A model generated the notes under the pieces. That model did no database searches. It was not told the origin of the DNA and was given only the letters and a program-made list of their open reading frames with translations. 64,000 bases of DNA from Eledone cirrhosa (lineage: Eukaryota): NCBI GenBank assembly GCA_964016885.1, contig OZ024742.1, forward strand, positions 66,030,001 through 66,094,000. The letters run 5' to 3'. The translations under genes and the position numbers were made by a program. Within the stretch, counting starts at the first letter, position 1. Each line of letters opens with the position of its first letter. Of this stretch, positions 1-12,875 are shown in pieces.

Positions 1-2470
1 AACAATAAAAATGAAAATTGAAACAATGAAACATTCCCCAATTTTTCCATCTCTCAAACTACAGACGTATATTCAGAGCAGACCCGTTCACGCGGACTAT
101 TCTCGCTACATTCACTCACCTTTCATCAAACTTGCTAGAAGGCAGCACTTGCCTCTCCACCCTGATTTTCCTCTTCAAGTGAAACTTGAAAAAGTTAATT
201 AGGGATTCGCCGAAGAGGAAAGTGTCTGTCTTTAACCCTTTCAACCTTGTACACCACACAATCTTTTTCGCCATGGCTACCAGGCAGATGAAAACCGTCT
301 GCCTTTCCTCGTCGTAGGAAGACGGCGAGCGCATCTGCACAATGGACTCAGTCGATAACCGGATCAGCTCTACACGCGACAGCAATTGTTCGACATAGCT
401 CCACAAGTCAGCAATGCTCGGGCACTGAACGAGTGCATGCACGACGGTTTAGTCGCTCTGCGAGCATCTCGGACAGCGTCTGCTGACGGCACTTCCATGC
501 ATGTAGAGCTTATCTCGAACCGGCAGCGCTCCCCGGTAGCACTGCCAGGCTAGGGATTTTGGAAGAGATCAATAGGCCCTGGGCTGAAAGTTCTCCGGAA
601 GAGAGCAAACAGCTGATCTTCTTTGACGCCCAGGATATTTCCGAGAACGTTGTCGCTCTTCGCCTCCACTAGTCCTCTATAGAACGTCGAGGTGGATATT
701 CCACCGATACTGGTGCCCAGCTGGCAGAGGGCAATGAGCGCCTGGAGATATTCCAGTTTCCAAGCCTTGGTATTTTTTCTGACCCAGGACTGCAGCTCCG
801 TTAAGGAGACGAGCTGTGGGGAAACGTGCCTGGCGAACGGCGACCACACCTGTTCACCGTCAAGGAAGTACCAGAGATGTCGCAGCCTCAGCCCATGTTT
901 GCGCATCACAGCCATGGCATGCGCAGTCCTCTACGCAACGGGTGTTGACAGCAGATGGATCGTCTGACCATGGCAGCGCGTCCCTTCCACAAAAATCGGA
1001 AGAGGAGGCGCTCCATATTGGTGAGAGTTGGGCTGGGGCAAGGGACGACGGTGAGGCGGTAGCAGATGACGGATGTGATGTAAGCATTCGCCACCTCCCC
1101 CCGGCCTTTCAGGGACATTTTCCTCTCGGCCCATTTCTGGGTGAGGGAGGCCACCTTGCTCGTCACCTCGTTCCAGCTTTTTTCCATCTGGAGGTCCGGT
1201 CCGAACTAGACCCCGAGCAATTTAAACGGTCTGTCCGTCCAACGCCCCACAACGTTGTCGAACGGCATGCACTTGCCCCTCCAGGTGCCGAGCTGCAGCC
1301 CACCGACTTTTCCTGGTTTATCTTTGCTCCTATCACCGCTTCGTATTCCTTGAGAGCGGTGCCGAGCATCTTGACGTGCCTGGTGCTCGACACTACCACG
1401 GTGACGTCGTCGGCATAAGCCGACTCGGATTTCCCGCATCCTAGTTTACGTGGGACGCCTCTCATCGCCCCCAGTTTGTGCTGTAACTGCTCGAGAGCCA
1501 ATACGTACAAAAGGGACGAAAGCGGACAACCTTGGCTGACTGAGCGCATGATGCTGAACGGCTGCGACAGGTGACCGTTCACCCTCACAACTGAGCAGAT
1601 ATCGCTGTACATCGCAGCGATCCAACCCTGAAAACGGGCCCGAAACCGGCTGCCTCGAGGACCGCCGCCAGGTCCCGATAGTTGACCCTATCGAATGCTT
1701 TGGATTGATCCAAGTTGATGAGGGCCCCACCGGTGCCAGGTTCCTTAACCACCCTCTCTATGATGTATCGCATGAGGTGAAGGTTGTCGTGTATGGATCT
1801 TTCCGGAATGGTGCATGTCTGCGCCTCTCCCACCAGACCCTTGGCGACAAGCGCCAACCTCGTTGCTAACACATTGGCCAACATCTTGAACTTTGCGTTT
1901 AGCAGGGTTATGGGCCTGAAATTATCGATAACATCTCCCTTGTTCGGGGCTTTTCTCAGCAGCGCCACCGCTCCCCGGCTCACAAAACTGGGAATGCTCC
2001 CGTTCTGCTGCCAGTTGCAGTAGACGTCTGCCAAGAGGTCACCGAACAAGTCTGGCATGAATGCATAAAGCTCATAGGGCAGACCATCCAAACCTGGCGA
2101 TTTACCCCATCGCTTCCCGTATTTCACCGGCTGTTATTGGCTTTTCGCAACATTGTGCTGCGGTCGTCGAGAGCCGAGGCAGTCCTTCGAGGTATGCACT
2201 GAAGTCCATGCCCCAATCCAGGCCGCCGCTGTTCCCGAACATTTCAGCAAAGTGCTGCTGAAAAGCTTCACACATTTGCTCGAGTTCGAGCAACACGCAC
2301 CCGTTTTGGTCAGACAAAGACCGAATTATGGCTTTGTTGCCACGTCGCGCCTATGCCACTCAGGCCCATTGGACGGCTTTTGTCCCCTCGTGTTTCAGAG
2401 CACGCGCTCTAGCTCTGACAACGCAGCCTTCGTATTTTGCGTTGAAGGTATTCTGCAGAGAACTAGATAA
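1..2470 (-). mobile_element. Tx1/L1-clade non-LTR retrotransposon, 5'-truncated, frameshifted ORF2 (RT + zf-RVT region)
   Basis: Consecutive minus-strand ORF pieces give KSPGLDGLPYE, NFRPITLLN, LINLDQSKAFDRV, QGCPLS, AYADDVT, KINQEKS and C-terminal HALVQCP. GC-rich relative to the flanks. Confidence 0.92.
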
Positions 2471-2474
2471 AGCT

Positions 2475-2850
2475 TATTATTAGTAATAATAATAACAATT
2501 TCTTTTTGATCACAAGGGCCGAAACATAAAGGAAAATAATTACACGGAGATTTGGAATTTACAAAAAAAATGTAAAAAGAAGATAACAGCTAAACAATAA
2601 ACAATACAATTTTAACAATAAAAGTCCCCGTCGCGGTGGTCAGCAGGACAAGGATGACATAGGAACTCCATTAATCCTAAGCCACTCTACTCTTCAAGAG
2701 CACCCATCAGGGCAGTTCTTTCCTCACTAAATTATCCAGCTTACAGGGCATGATCAGGGTTGGCCCTTTTTCCACGGGCCATCGTTGCTACTTTTTTTTA
2801 TCTCCTCCCTCATCTTCTTTTCCAAGTGGAACTTCAAAAGCCTCATTTCT
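2475..2850 (-). mobile_element. Second, diverged 3' end of a Tx1/L1-like element in tandem with the first
   Basis: 2811-2840 resembles 163-192 (LKFHLEKKMR vs FKFHLKRKIR). It is followed on the minus strand by a T-rich UTR and a (TTA)n-like tail at about 2475-2500. Confidence 0.6.
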
Positions 2851-3576
2851 AAGTAGATTGTGTTTGTTGAAGATGAGAAGACAGACACGAATAAAATTTA
2901 ACTTAGTAAGTAAAAGAAAAAATATATAGTCTAAATGCATCTAAGATAGACATACAGTATGTAAAATATGATGGATCAAACACCGTATATAAAACTGAGA
3001 TTTATATAAGGGGCTTTACATGAGATATATGTTGTGCTTGAGTGAATTCTGTTGTGTGAGAAATATACAGGACCGGAGAGTCACATATAAGATAGGGAAT
3101 ACCATCACATATATGAGTATGAGATGATAAAACTATGTCAGCATCCTTGTAGTGGTTGACCGGGCCAATACCAGCAGTATTGAGGTCATCATCTTCAAGT
3201 CTCGACTCATACGGACTGGTCACGTCCACAAAATGTATAGCACCTGATTGTCACGTAACATCATTTTCAGACTGCCTATGCAACACTGCAAAGAGCAATG
3301 GAAAGAGACGATGCAGAGCACGAACATCGATCCTAACATGCAAATAACAAGCATAGCGTATTCTTATCGAAATGACTGAGGAGGATAAAACGCTGTGATG
3401 AAAGATTTACCAACTCCAGAAATAGCCTCCAAAGACCATCAACATTTCTTTCCAAAATCCGGCTTTGCCCTCTACCAGAGACACAGTGTGGATGACAAAG
3501 GGTAACAGAACGACAAATATGCTCGAAAATGCGGAGGAATCGACATCGATATAAAATATATATGTGCATGCCTTTA

Positions 3577-3753
<177 letters not shown>

Positions 3754-3949
3754 TATATTTATATATATACATATATATTTATATTTCTACAGTGGATATG
3801 GCGCATGTCTCTCAGACATGACAACCATTAATTTAATTTTCGATATATATATATATATATAAAAGAAAATTTGGCTCTACAAGGCTGAATACAATAAATG
3901 TAATCTGAGTTTTTCGAATATTAATAATAACATTCGATTCGTTTGCAGT

Positions 3950-3999
3950 GAGCTGTAGTGATGAAGGCTGATACCCAGAAATATTAGTGTCTGCAGTTC
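3950..3999 (+). ncRNA. Minimal type-I hammerhead ribozyme (core mutated to GTGATGA)
   Basis: GAGCTGTA-gtgatga-AGGCTGATACCCA-gaaat-attagt-GTC-TGCAGTTC; paralogue of 4387-4436. Confidence 0.7.
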
Positions 4000-4386
4000 T
4001 GTTCGCATGCCAACTTAAGAGCAAGAATGAAGTGTTCATTCTCCTGACATGGCTATAAAATTGAGGGTTGTTTGCAAAATTGCCACCGAATCGAATGTTA
4101 TTATTAATATTCGAAAAACTCAGATTACATTTATTGTATTCAGCCATGTAGAGTGAAATTTTCTTTTTTATTTGAATTTGGCAAGCCGGCCATTTATCGC
4201 TTGTATACAGGAAACTGACTGGCCAGTCTGCTGATATGCAAATCTGGCTGATCAGTGGATCTGCTTATATGCAGATCTGACTAATCAGCCAGTCTGTTAA
4301 TATGCAAATCAGGCCGATCAACCAATGTGTATTTTTGAAAATAGCATATATTTACACTAGCTATGACAGTTTAGCAGGTGAACAGT

Positions 4387-4436
4387 GAACTGTACTGATG
4401 AAGGGTGATACCCAGAAACATTAGGGTTTGCAGTTC
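4387..4436 (+). ncRNA. Minimal type-I hammerhead ribozyme
   Basis: Stem I GAACTGTA/TGCAGTTC, core CTGATGA, stem II GGGT-gat-ACCC, GAAAC, cleavage triplet GTT. Confidence 0.88.
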
Positions 4437-4568
4437 TGCTCGCATGCCAACATAAAAGCAAGAATGAAGTGTTCATTCTCCTGACATGGCTATAAAATTG
4501 AGGGTTGTTTGCAAAATTGCCACCGAACCGAATGTTATTATTAATATTCGAAAAACTCAGATTACATT

Positions 4569-4647
<79 letters not shown>

Positions 4648-4939
4648 TATAATACAGAAATGGCTTCTATAGAACTAAAACTGTTTCATTCGAAGGAAAT
4701 CATCATATATATATATATATATTTTTTTTTTTTTGTTTTTCTTTCTGACCCAGGACTGGTCACATTGAAATATATATTGTGAACCAATGTTCTAACTTGG
4801 ACATGTTTTGAGGAATAAATCTTGTGTTACTCAACATGGAGCTGGCTTAGTCTCGTTGTCCTAGACCTTGCAGTTTCTGGGATATTTACATCTCAAATGA
4901 TATTAAAATCTCAAATGATATTAAATTTTTTGAAACACC

Positions 4940-4991
<52 letters not shown>

Positions 4992-5746
4992 GCACACATA
5001 TACACATACATACATGTATACATTTATATATACAACCACATATGTCTGTCTGTATGTATGTATGTATGTATGTATGTATGTATGTATGTATGTATGTATG
5101 TATGTATGCATATTTCTATTAGTGTGCACCTCTTTGCGGTGTGGGTTTGTGTTTGGGTATCTAGACAGAAGAGTTCAACCGTATCTTCGCATTACTTACA
5201 AGCTCTTATATGAAAAACAAAAGCCATTCTTTTCCACCATAAATTATGAGGACAATTACATTTCAGATCCACGCACCATTTTATTTCTAATGATTAATTA
5301 CATGCATTTTTTAATGATCTTCATGATATAGTCTCAAATTAAAAAGAGTAATGAATTATAATTACTCACTATGTAAATAAATCTTCAGACTCATTGTCTC
5401 CCACATTGAAGAACTTAATATTAGTAAAATCCAAGTAGAGACATAAACGTTCCGCATGTACACACATAGGCAAACACACTCATCATACATATACAGGCAC
5501 ACACATACGCACACACACACATCATACACATCATACACATACATACATACACACACACACACATATATATGTGTGTGTGACTGTGTGTGTGTGTGTGTGT
5601 GTGTGTGTATTCATCAGCATCTGACACAAAACTATCCAGGCGCAAATCGATAGTTTTTCGAGATCGACAGATGTCAATAATGTATATATATATATATACA
5701 TGCATACACATACACATACACACCACACACAAACACACACACACAA

Positions 5747-5779
<33 letters not shown>

Positions 5780-5789
5780 CACGCACATT

Positions 5790-5975
5790 TAAAGGAACGA
5801 TCGGCTTTCGTCATATCGGATCGAGGAAACAATGTTTCCATTGGTCTTTCTAATTGCTAATACTATCTATCGGAAGGAGCTCAAGGACATAACGCATCGC
5901 CCGGTCTAGGAATTGAACTCACAACGTCACGATTGCGAATCCAATTCTCCTACCACTCAGCCACACGCCTTCACC
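5790..5975 (-). mobile_element. tRNA-derived CORE-like SINE (internally deleted)
   Basis: Reverse complement of the 9062-9280 family: tRNA-like A/B boxes and TGTCCTTGAGC, with a shared 3' tail. Confidence 0.75.
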
Positions 5976-6482
5976 ACAGGCTATATATATTTGTGTCTGT
6001 CTTTGTATATACTCGCGTTGCTGAACAGTGAACAAATATCTCATCATACATCACCACACATATGCATGTATAGCAGAACTACACATTCTACGTTGATGAT
6101 ATTTCATGCTATTGTTTGAAATAAGATGAGATCATAAATGAAGGAAAAACTCCAGAATATAGGTAAAATAAATGACGCAAAAATACCTCCCAATCCAAAT
6201 ATAGACTATAAACATGACAAAAATAAAGAAAGGTAGAAAATGGTAAAATATAAAGAGTAACAACAAAGGTAATAACAATAACAACAACATTTAGAACGAC
6301 AGCTCAGATTAAAGTAACAAAATATGTAACAAAAACAACACAAATGCATCGCAAGTTGCTTTTTTCCATTCATGTAATACTCTTTCTATAACGCTCCTGA
6401 TCTTTGTATGCGATTCGCCTAATATACCTCTCTCTCTCTCTCGTCTCTCCCCTCACTCTCTTCTACTCTTCCATATTCCACG

Positions 6483-6522
6483 GCGAACTGAAGAACTATG
6501 ACGTAAAACATTGTCTGTTCGC
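6483..6522 (+). ncRNA. Degenerate hammerhead motif
   Basis: GCGAA-ctgaaga-actatgacgt-aaaac-att-GTC-tg-TTCGC, about 80 bp upstream of a TA tract. GAAA is mutated and stem II is weak. Confidence 0.4.
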
Positions 6523-6626
6523 ATATTGATTTCTGAAAATTGTTGAGTTGATATGTATGATGGAAGAAATCATTGCATTAGGTCAGAAAGGACAGTGTGC
6601 TTATATATATATATATATATATATAT

Positions 6627-6950
6627 CTTTATGTCGTTTTGGAAGCCTCAACAATGCAAATGGGTAATTCTCGGGGTAACAAGATCCGGTGGTGAAGAGA
6701 GAGATGTAAGTGAATGTAGAATGTGATGTATAGTGTGTAGAAGAACGTAGGAAAGACCGTAAAAAATACTTTCCTAGGTTCTTCTACACACTATACCTCT
6801 CATTCTACATTCACTTACATCTCTCTCTTCACCACCGGATCTTGTTACCCGGAGAACTACCCATCTGCATTGTTGAGGCTTCCAAAACGACCTAAAGAAA
6901 ATATATCTTATTATTCCACAATGCTTCAAGCAAACTTCAATACTCTCTTA
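6627..6950 (+). repeat. TA-flanked fold-back insert (129-bp arms, 13-nt loop, long arm extends about 50 bp)
   Basis: 6627-6755 is the reverse complement of 6769-6897 with about 7 mismatches. A related tail sits in the opposite orientation at 6961-7045. Confidence 0.88.
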
Positions 6951-7049
6951 TATATATATAGGAGGAAATTGTAGTTTACTTGAAGCATTGCGTAGTGAGG
7001 TATAAACGTTTGGAGTTAGAAGGCCAGAACAATGCAGGTATGGATATAT

Positions 7050-8375
7050 AATATAAATACAAATGCAAAAGATATTGCTGACAATTAGTCTTTTACCTCA
7101 AATTTATTTGAATATCCTTAATTTTCGAGATAATATCTCTTCTTCGGAGGGAAGTGTTCTAATTAGCTTGCCAAATCATGTTGACAGGAAATAGTATAGA
7201 AATTCCATTCTGTTTCTAATGTCAAAGAGTGAAGGCTAGGTGGATAAAGGGTTGTCTCCCTTTAAAAGGGTTTGGACATGTATGACATGTATACGTGAAG
7301 GTGTAAGCATGCGCGTGTGTGTGTGTGTGTGTGAGTGTGAGAGGATATGTTTATATATAACCGTAGGGGCTAGATGCTCTATCATGTTAAAACTGGTCTA
7401 TGTGTGTGTGAGAGAATAAGTGAAGGTGTAAGTGTGTGTGTGTGAGATGGTATGTGGAGGTGTAAGTGTGGGGCAAGGTGCTCTATCATGTTAAAAATTG
7501 GGTGTTGAGTTCTAGTCTGTTATTGATTGGTGGTTGCGTTTTGTCTATAATTAGTGCTTCTTTAGTTCTAAGATTGCCGAGGTTTCTTTCCCTAGCTTCT
7601 ATCCTAACTATTATGTTTTTGTCGGTGTTTTTGCATTTCACTAGGTGTTTCTTAAATGAGGAAGAGTTAGTATTGAGGTGTTCTTTTATTCTTATGTGAA
7701 GTGGTCTCGTGGTGCTACCTATGTAGAAATTGCTGCATTTGTCGCAGTCTAATCTGTATACGACGTAAGCCTGTTGGCATACGTCTGTATCGTTGATGGG
7801 GCGGTTGCTAGCCTGCAGCGGCTGTCATTTCTGGTGGAGTGTCTTTTGGTTAGCTGTCTGCGTAGAGAAGGTCCTGAGTGGGCTAGCTGGATATCTAGTC
7901 CCTCTCGTCTGATAGCTCTGCGGAGGGCTGTTGTTGTTTTGCCACTGAAGTGTGGGAGCTTCAGGAAGCAGGTGTTAGTGATTCGGGTGTGGTGTGCTAT
8001 GTTGTTTCTGGCACGGTTCGCTGTGGACGTCGGGTATCCGTTCAGTTTAAGTACTTCTAGGAAATGTGTGGTGCGAGAATCCCGGTCTCTTGCGTCGGTG
8101 TATTTGTTCTGGATACGTGTTAGTTCGTTCCTTATGTATACGAACTTAGCGCTGACTGGAAGGGCTGATCTCAAATGTACGAACAGGTCCCTGCTGGCGG
8201 CTTTTTTATAGAAGCAGGTGTGGATGTCGCCTTCCTCTGTTACCCTGAGTTGGAAGTCCAGCACCGATAAGGATCCGCGGTCATCGGGGTGTTCCATGCT
8301 GAACTTTATATTGGCGGCCATGCTGAAGAATGTCATGTATATTTTATCTGCTTCTTCACGGAATGATGTAAGGAT
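7050..8375 (-). mobile_element. 5'-truncated Penelope-like element (RT C-terminus + GIY-YIG endonuclease + 3' pLTR with HHR)
   Basis: ANIKFSMEHP..LSVLDFQL..FYKK, LKLNGYP, then after a frameshift CQQAYVVYRLDCDKCSNFYIGSTTRPLHIRIKEH and KEALIIDKTQPPINNR, ending near 7486. Confidence 0.92.
7110..7159 (-). ncRNA. Hammerhead-like motif in PLE 3' pLTR (core CCGAAGA)
   Basis: CCT-ccgaaga-a-GAGAT-att-ATCTC-gaaaa-TTA-AGG. Stem III is reduced to the palindrome AATT. Confidence 0.55.
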
Positions 8376-8412
8376 GAGTATATATATATATATAATAATA
8401 ATTGTTATTTTA

Positions 8413-8449
<37 letters not shown>

Positions 8450-8805
8450 TAGATAGATAGAGAGATAGATATAGATATAGATATATATATATATATATAT
8501 ATATACATACATACAGACGCACGCACGCACGCACGCACACGCGCGCGCGCGCACACACACACATATCTATATATATATATGAAAGGATTAACTAGGGACC
8601 ACCTTCAAATAAAGGACTCAAGATTGTGAAATACATGGAGAATAGTTATTTATAATAGAAATGATTCATGATATTCGGCCGGGCTATTTAATTAAACGCT
8701 TTTAAAATGGATAAAGTGATTCGTTTGAATAACGTTTAGCAAAACAATCTGATAATGTGTCATCAGAAACCAATTCTCAAATGAAATAAGTAGTTATATA
8801 TATGA

Positions 8806-9048
8806 CAAGTAAGTATGTTTTGAAACAGTGAGCTGGTTTGAAATTAGAAATAGAATAGCTTTCACCGTATTTTTTTGACTAAAGAAATTTTAGTCTGATA
8901 ATGGGGTTTAGAACCCTCAGATAAATGGAAAAAGATGAGTATTGATGTACATACTCATCTTTTTCCATTTATCTGAGGGTTCTAAACCCCATTATCATAC
9001 TAAAATTTCTTTAGTAAAAAAATACGGTGAAATCTATTCTATTTTAGT
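8806..9048 (-). repeat. TA-flanked fold-back insert (same family as 51319-51590)
   Basis: Arms 8848-8941/8952-9044. The unpaired extension GTAAGTATGTTTTTGAAACAGTGAG matches the reverse complement of 51554-51590. Confidence 0.88.
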
Positions 9049-9061
9049 TATATATATATGT

Positions 9062-9280
9062 GAAGGCGTGTGACTGGGTGGTTGGAGAATTGGATTCGCA
9101 ATCGTAAGGTTGTGAGTTCGATTCCTGGACCAGGCGATGCGTTATGTCCTTGAGCAAGACACTTTATTTCACGTTGCTCCTGCTACCTGGAGTTGCGACC
9201 GATAGATAGTATTAGCAATTGGAAAGACCAACGGCAACATTGTTCCCTCGGTCAGATCTGACGAAAGTCGACCGTTCCTT
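9062..9280 (+). mobile_element. tRNA-derived CORE-like SINE
   Basis: GAAGGCGTGTGACTGGGTGG (A box), GAGTTCGATTCC (B box) and TGTCCTTGAGCAAGACACTT (CORE-like). Confidence 0.8.
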
Positions 9281-9281
9281 T

Positions 9282-9364
<83 letters not shown>

Positions 9365-10319
9365 CCATGCAGTGAGAGGGAGAGAGAGAGAGGAGAGAGA
9401 GAAATATATATTAATATCTTTCCTACTACAGTATAGAATAGATTCAGTCTAACTTCGGTCACACTTAGATAAGTTGCCTTGTCCATTAAACAGCCATTCT
9501 TTGTAAACGGTAACGCCTGACTGACGCATTTTCGTTGCATACATTCATCTTTCAAATAACATCAACATTTTAGGTTAAACCTCTTTAATTTTAGAATTTT
9601 CCAAAAATTTTCAGTCACCTGAGAACAGGCTATAAAATCCAATATATATGTGTGTATGTGTGTATTTCATAAAATGTATATAAACACACATATATATGAG
9701 TATTCCTCCACTTTTATTAAGCGAATTTGAATATAACTGGTAAATATCTAGCATGCATATATATGTATGTTCAAACAGATCATAAGTATCGTAAGATAAT
9801 TAACAGACATCATATACATGGTTGTTACAGCTATATATGAAATGGTAGCAAGATCAAAAGACACACACACACATACACACACACGCACGCACACACTCTC
9901 TCTTTCTCTCTCTCACACACACAAACACCATGATATGAATGCTCGATAATATTCTTAATTATGTAGGGAATATCTGTAAATTATGGAAATAAGATGAAGA
10001 ATTAATGGGAATATATGCGTGTAAATATTGTTGTGTAAATCTATCATCAATCTGATAAAATATACGTCTAAAGCAACTCTGTATCTGTGTCTAGATGTGA
10101 TCTGTCTTTATATCTGAAGCTAACAAACGATATCAGGGACAATTGGCTGTTATTTCAAGTAGTTTGGGCATCCATATCTAGTTAGGTGGGGGGAGGGGGA
10201 GTGTGGTTGCGGCTTACAATAGTTGAACTATGTGTATACAGAGCGACTAACCAAAATATACATTGTGGTGTTTATACCAAAACGAACAGTAATATATATA
10301 TATATATATATATTCTAAG

Positions 10320-10564
10320 GCGAGTAAAATTCCCGAGATTCATGGACGAGTTCTCTCCAACGGTCTCTGTCCCTCATTATCGCTGCCATGTCCTGCATCG
10401 CCAACAGAACAGTGTCTGTCCTTAGGGCATCAACATACGTTAACCTTCCAGTGTGTCCATGTAGGGGCTCCCACAGGAGCACTGAGTGCAATGTCAACTC
10501 TGGATGTCGGTGAGAATGTCCAGCTAACCTCTGTCTCCTCTGTGTCACTCCTGAGCTGACTTTT

Positions 10565-10568
<4 letters not shown>
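10320..10568 (-). mobile_element. RTE-like LINE 3' fragment
   Basis: [41 protein letters not shown] is the typical RTE/RTE-X C-terminus. Confidence 0.8.
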
Positions 10569-10656
<88 letters not shown>

Positions 10657-10661
10657 TATAT

Positions 10662-11250
10662 ATGAAAGACGTAAAATAAGAAAATTTTAAAAATTAAAAA
10701 TCAACTTACTTACTAAAGTTTTCACTCCAACTAATTAGTTTCTGTAATGGGATAAATATAGTTACATAATATAACTATAGAGAATTCATTACGTAATCAG
10801 GGAGTCTATTCTTAGCTAAGTTCCCAGGCAATGCGCGGACACTAGGAACCCATATAAAAATAATAATTCAATGGATGAAATAAAGCTAGCGAGGACTAAA
10901 TTCGGAGCACTGAAAAAATTTCACTGCCTCTGGTCAGTGGCAGATTCTAAAGAATCAATCACGTGACACCGAGGTTAATCAGTTAGGAGCGGGGTGGTAT
11001 TATGACAAGAGCCTACTACTACTATGAAACAGCAGTAAATTTTGGCAAGTTTGCTCAACAAATAATTTGGAGATAAATATAGAGAATTAGTACATCTACC
11101 AACATATGTGTACAGATGTACACTCATGCTAGCAAATATATAAGTTATGTCTTAGTACCGATGTGGTTCTATGCAGTGGGGTGCAGAACAATTATATGAA
11201 AGACGTAAAATAAGAAAATTTTAAAAATTAAAAATCAACTTACTTACTAA
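10662..11250 (-). mobile_element. Retrozyme-like solo pLTR: 534-nt monomer plus 55-bp terminal direct repeat
   Basis: 10662-10716 is identical to 11196-11250. TA-flanked, with an internal HHR at 10724-10805. Confidence 0.85.
10724..10805 (-). ncRNA. Type-I hammerhead with extended stem II (core CTGATTA)
   Basis: ACTCC-ctgatta-c-GTAATG...ATAGTTA/TAACTAT...CATTAC-a-gaaac-taatta-GTT-GGAGT; stem III palindrome AACTAATTAGTT. Confidence 0.75.
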
Positions 11251-11586
11251 TATATATATACGTCATCAGTGGTCTGCTAGAGATACGCTGGTTCAGTAAT
11301 TTAAGATATACAAATAGTTTAGTGCTGTATCGACAGTGACGAATGAAGAAAGGAAGATAATCTTAGCGACTATTTCCAAATAAGAGGAAATGTGTCACTA
11401 ATCCATGAGCTGCAACTGAAAAAATAACCGAGGAAGCCCAACATATTGAGTACCTTAGAAGAAGCAGTAAACGATAAGGTGGAAGAGATAGAGAATATAC
11501 AAAGGTAAATAAAAGTATTTTCCGTTTGTTTGGAAGTTAAGTCCTAATATAGCTGACACAACGAGCAGAGAGGAAGAGAGAGAGAA

Positions 11587-11653
<67 letters not shown>

Positions 11654-12151
11654 AGAAAGACAGGCAAACACGGAAGTGTAAGATAAAACAAATCAATTTG
11701 AAAAAAAAGACTCCGGCGTGCCTAAAAAATACGAATGAATAAAACATAGGTGAAGACAGGAAAATGAATGAAGACAGACAGTCCCATCTCGCCAGTCGAC
11801 CGATAGAGACACCTTATTTCAATGTTTTAAGATCGATAAACAAACTCTAGTGCACATGTGATAGTAACGACTGGAAAAAAGCCAATATAATATTTAGATT
11901 CCCGAGTTGTGTAGGGGGTAAACACAGTTAAAAAAGGTACTTAATACATTGGTAGAGTATTATTTTTATATTATACAGAGTTTCCTATAAAATGTACACA
12001 CTTCAGCAGCATTCTAATAAATATTGCTTGTACAGGTAATGAAAGTGTGTATCCATTTTTTATGGACGTCATGTATACAGAAATGACTTCTACTTGCGTA
12101 CAACTGTTTCATTGGTATGAAATCATGAGGTACCTCATAATTCCATACGAA

Positions 12152-12196
<45 letters not shown>

Positions 12197-12202
<6 letters not shown>

Positions 12203-12697
12203 GTTAAAAATGTACATCCATATATGTATACTGAAATACTAGTATGCATATGAATACACACACGTATACATATGTAGATGTACCAAGTCTTTCACTGGTT
12301 ACTTTACTGTGAGTATCCAGCTATTCTGTATGTAAACACACAGACAAACCGGTTTTTAGAGTCATACTGGTTTTTGAGGAAACACCTTTCCTCTATTCTC
12401 CAGAAAGCCAGACAAGGAATATTGAACTAGTTTCGTTGTTGTTACAACTCATCAGCAATATTTACCTATCTACCGGCCTTTCTGGAGAATCGTAAAAGCA
12501 CATATCGTTATATGCTTTTTCTATGAAAATTAGTAGTGGGCAGACTAATTTGCATAGAGTGTGAGTACGTACCGGTTCAACGGAGACGATAAAAACAAAT
12601 AACGAAACGAAATTAAATTTCGTTTCGTTTGTAACTCACTTTTGTATGACTGACGCTTAAACAATTAAGTTAAAAATGTACATCCATATATGTATAC
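12197..12697 (-). mobile_element. Retrozyme-like solo pLTR: 466-nt monomer plus 35-bp terminal direct repeat
   Basis: 12197-12231 equals 12663-12697. TA-flanked, with a canonical HHR inside. Confidence 0.85.
12418..12462 (-). ncRNA. Canonical minimal type-I hammerhead ribozyme
   Basis: AATATTG-ctgatga-GTTGT-aaca-ACAAC-gaaac-ta-GTT-CAATATT. Stem I can be extended by TCTCCAGAAAG pairing at 12397/12488. Confidence 0.92.
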
Positions 12698-12725
12698 ACA
12701 CATATATATATATATATATATATTA

Positions 12726-12763
12726 CGAGCTGAGGATCCCCTAAGGTGAAACAATTGTTCTCG
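12726..12763 (+). ncRNA. Minimal type-I hammerhead ribozyme
   Basis: CGAG-ctgagga-tCCcctaaGGt-gaaac-aatt-GTT-CTCG; palindrome AACAATTGTT. Confidence 0.82.
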
Positions 12764-12875
12764 GTATGGTGAACTAACTGTTGTGTAACCACTTCTACCT
12801 AACTCGTCCCATGGACTGAGTGCTCTACCACTACGGATATTACCTTCAAGTGTTCTACCACTATATGTATATATA

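Larger units (their letters stand above)
3861..4572 (+). mobile_element. Non-autonomous PLE-pLTR/retrozyme insert: inverted arm plus 1.4-mer direct repeat with two hammerheads
   Basis: Inverted repeat 3861-3941/4087-4167. Direct repeat about 3944-4135/4381-4572 (period 437). Flanked by (TA)n on both sides. Confidence 0.85.

Noticed and set aside
8660-8775. Minus-strand CTGATGA with a possible long stem II (a similar weak case at 29057-29132)
   Set aside because: GAAA, the cleavage triplet or stem I are too degenerate to support a call.
9062-9135. tRNA genes in SINE heads
   Set aside because: They have A/B boxes but continue into SINE body sequence and lack an intact cloverleaf.
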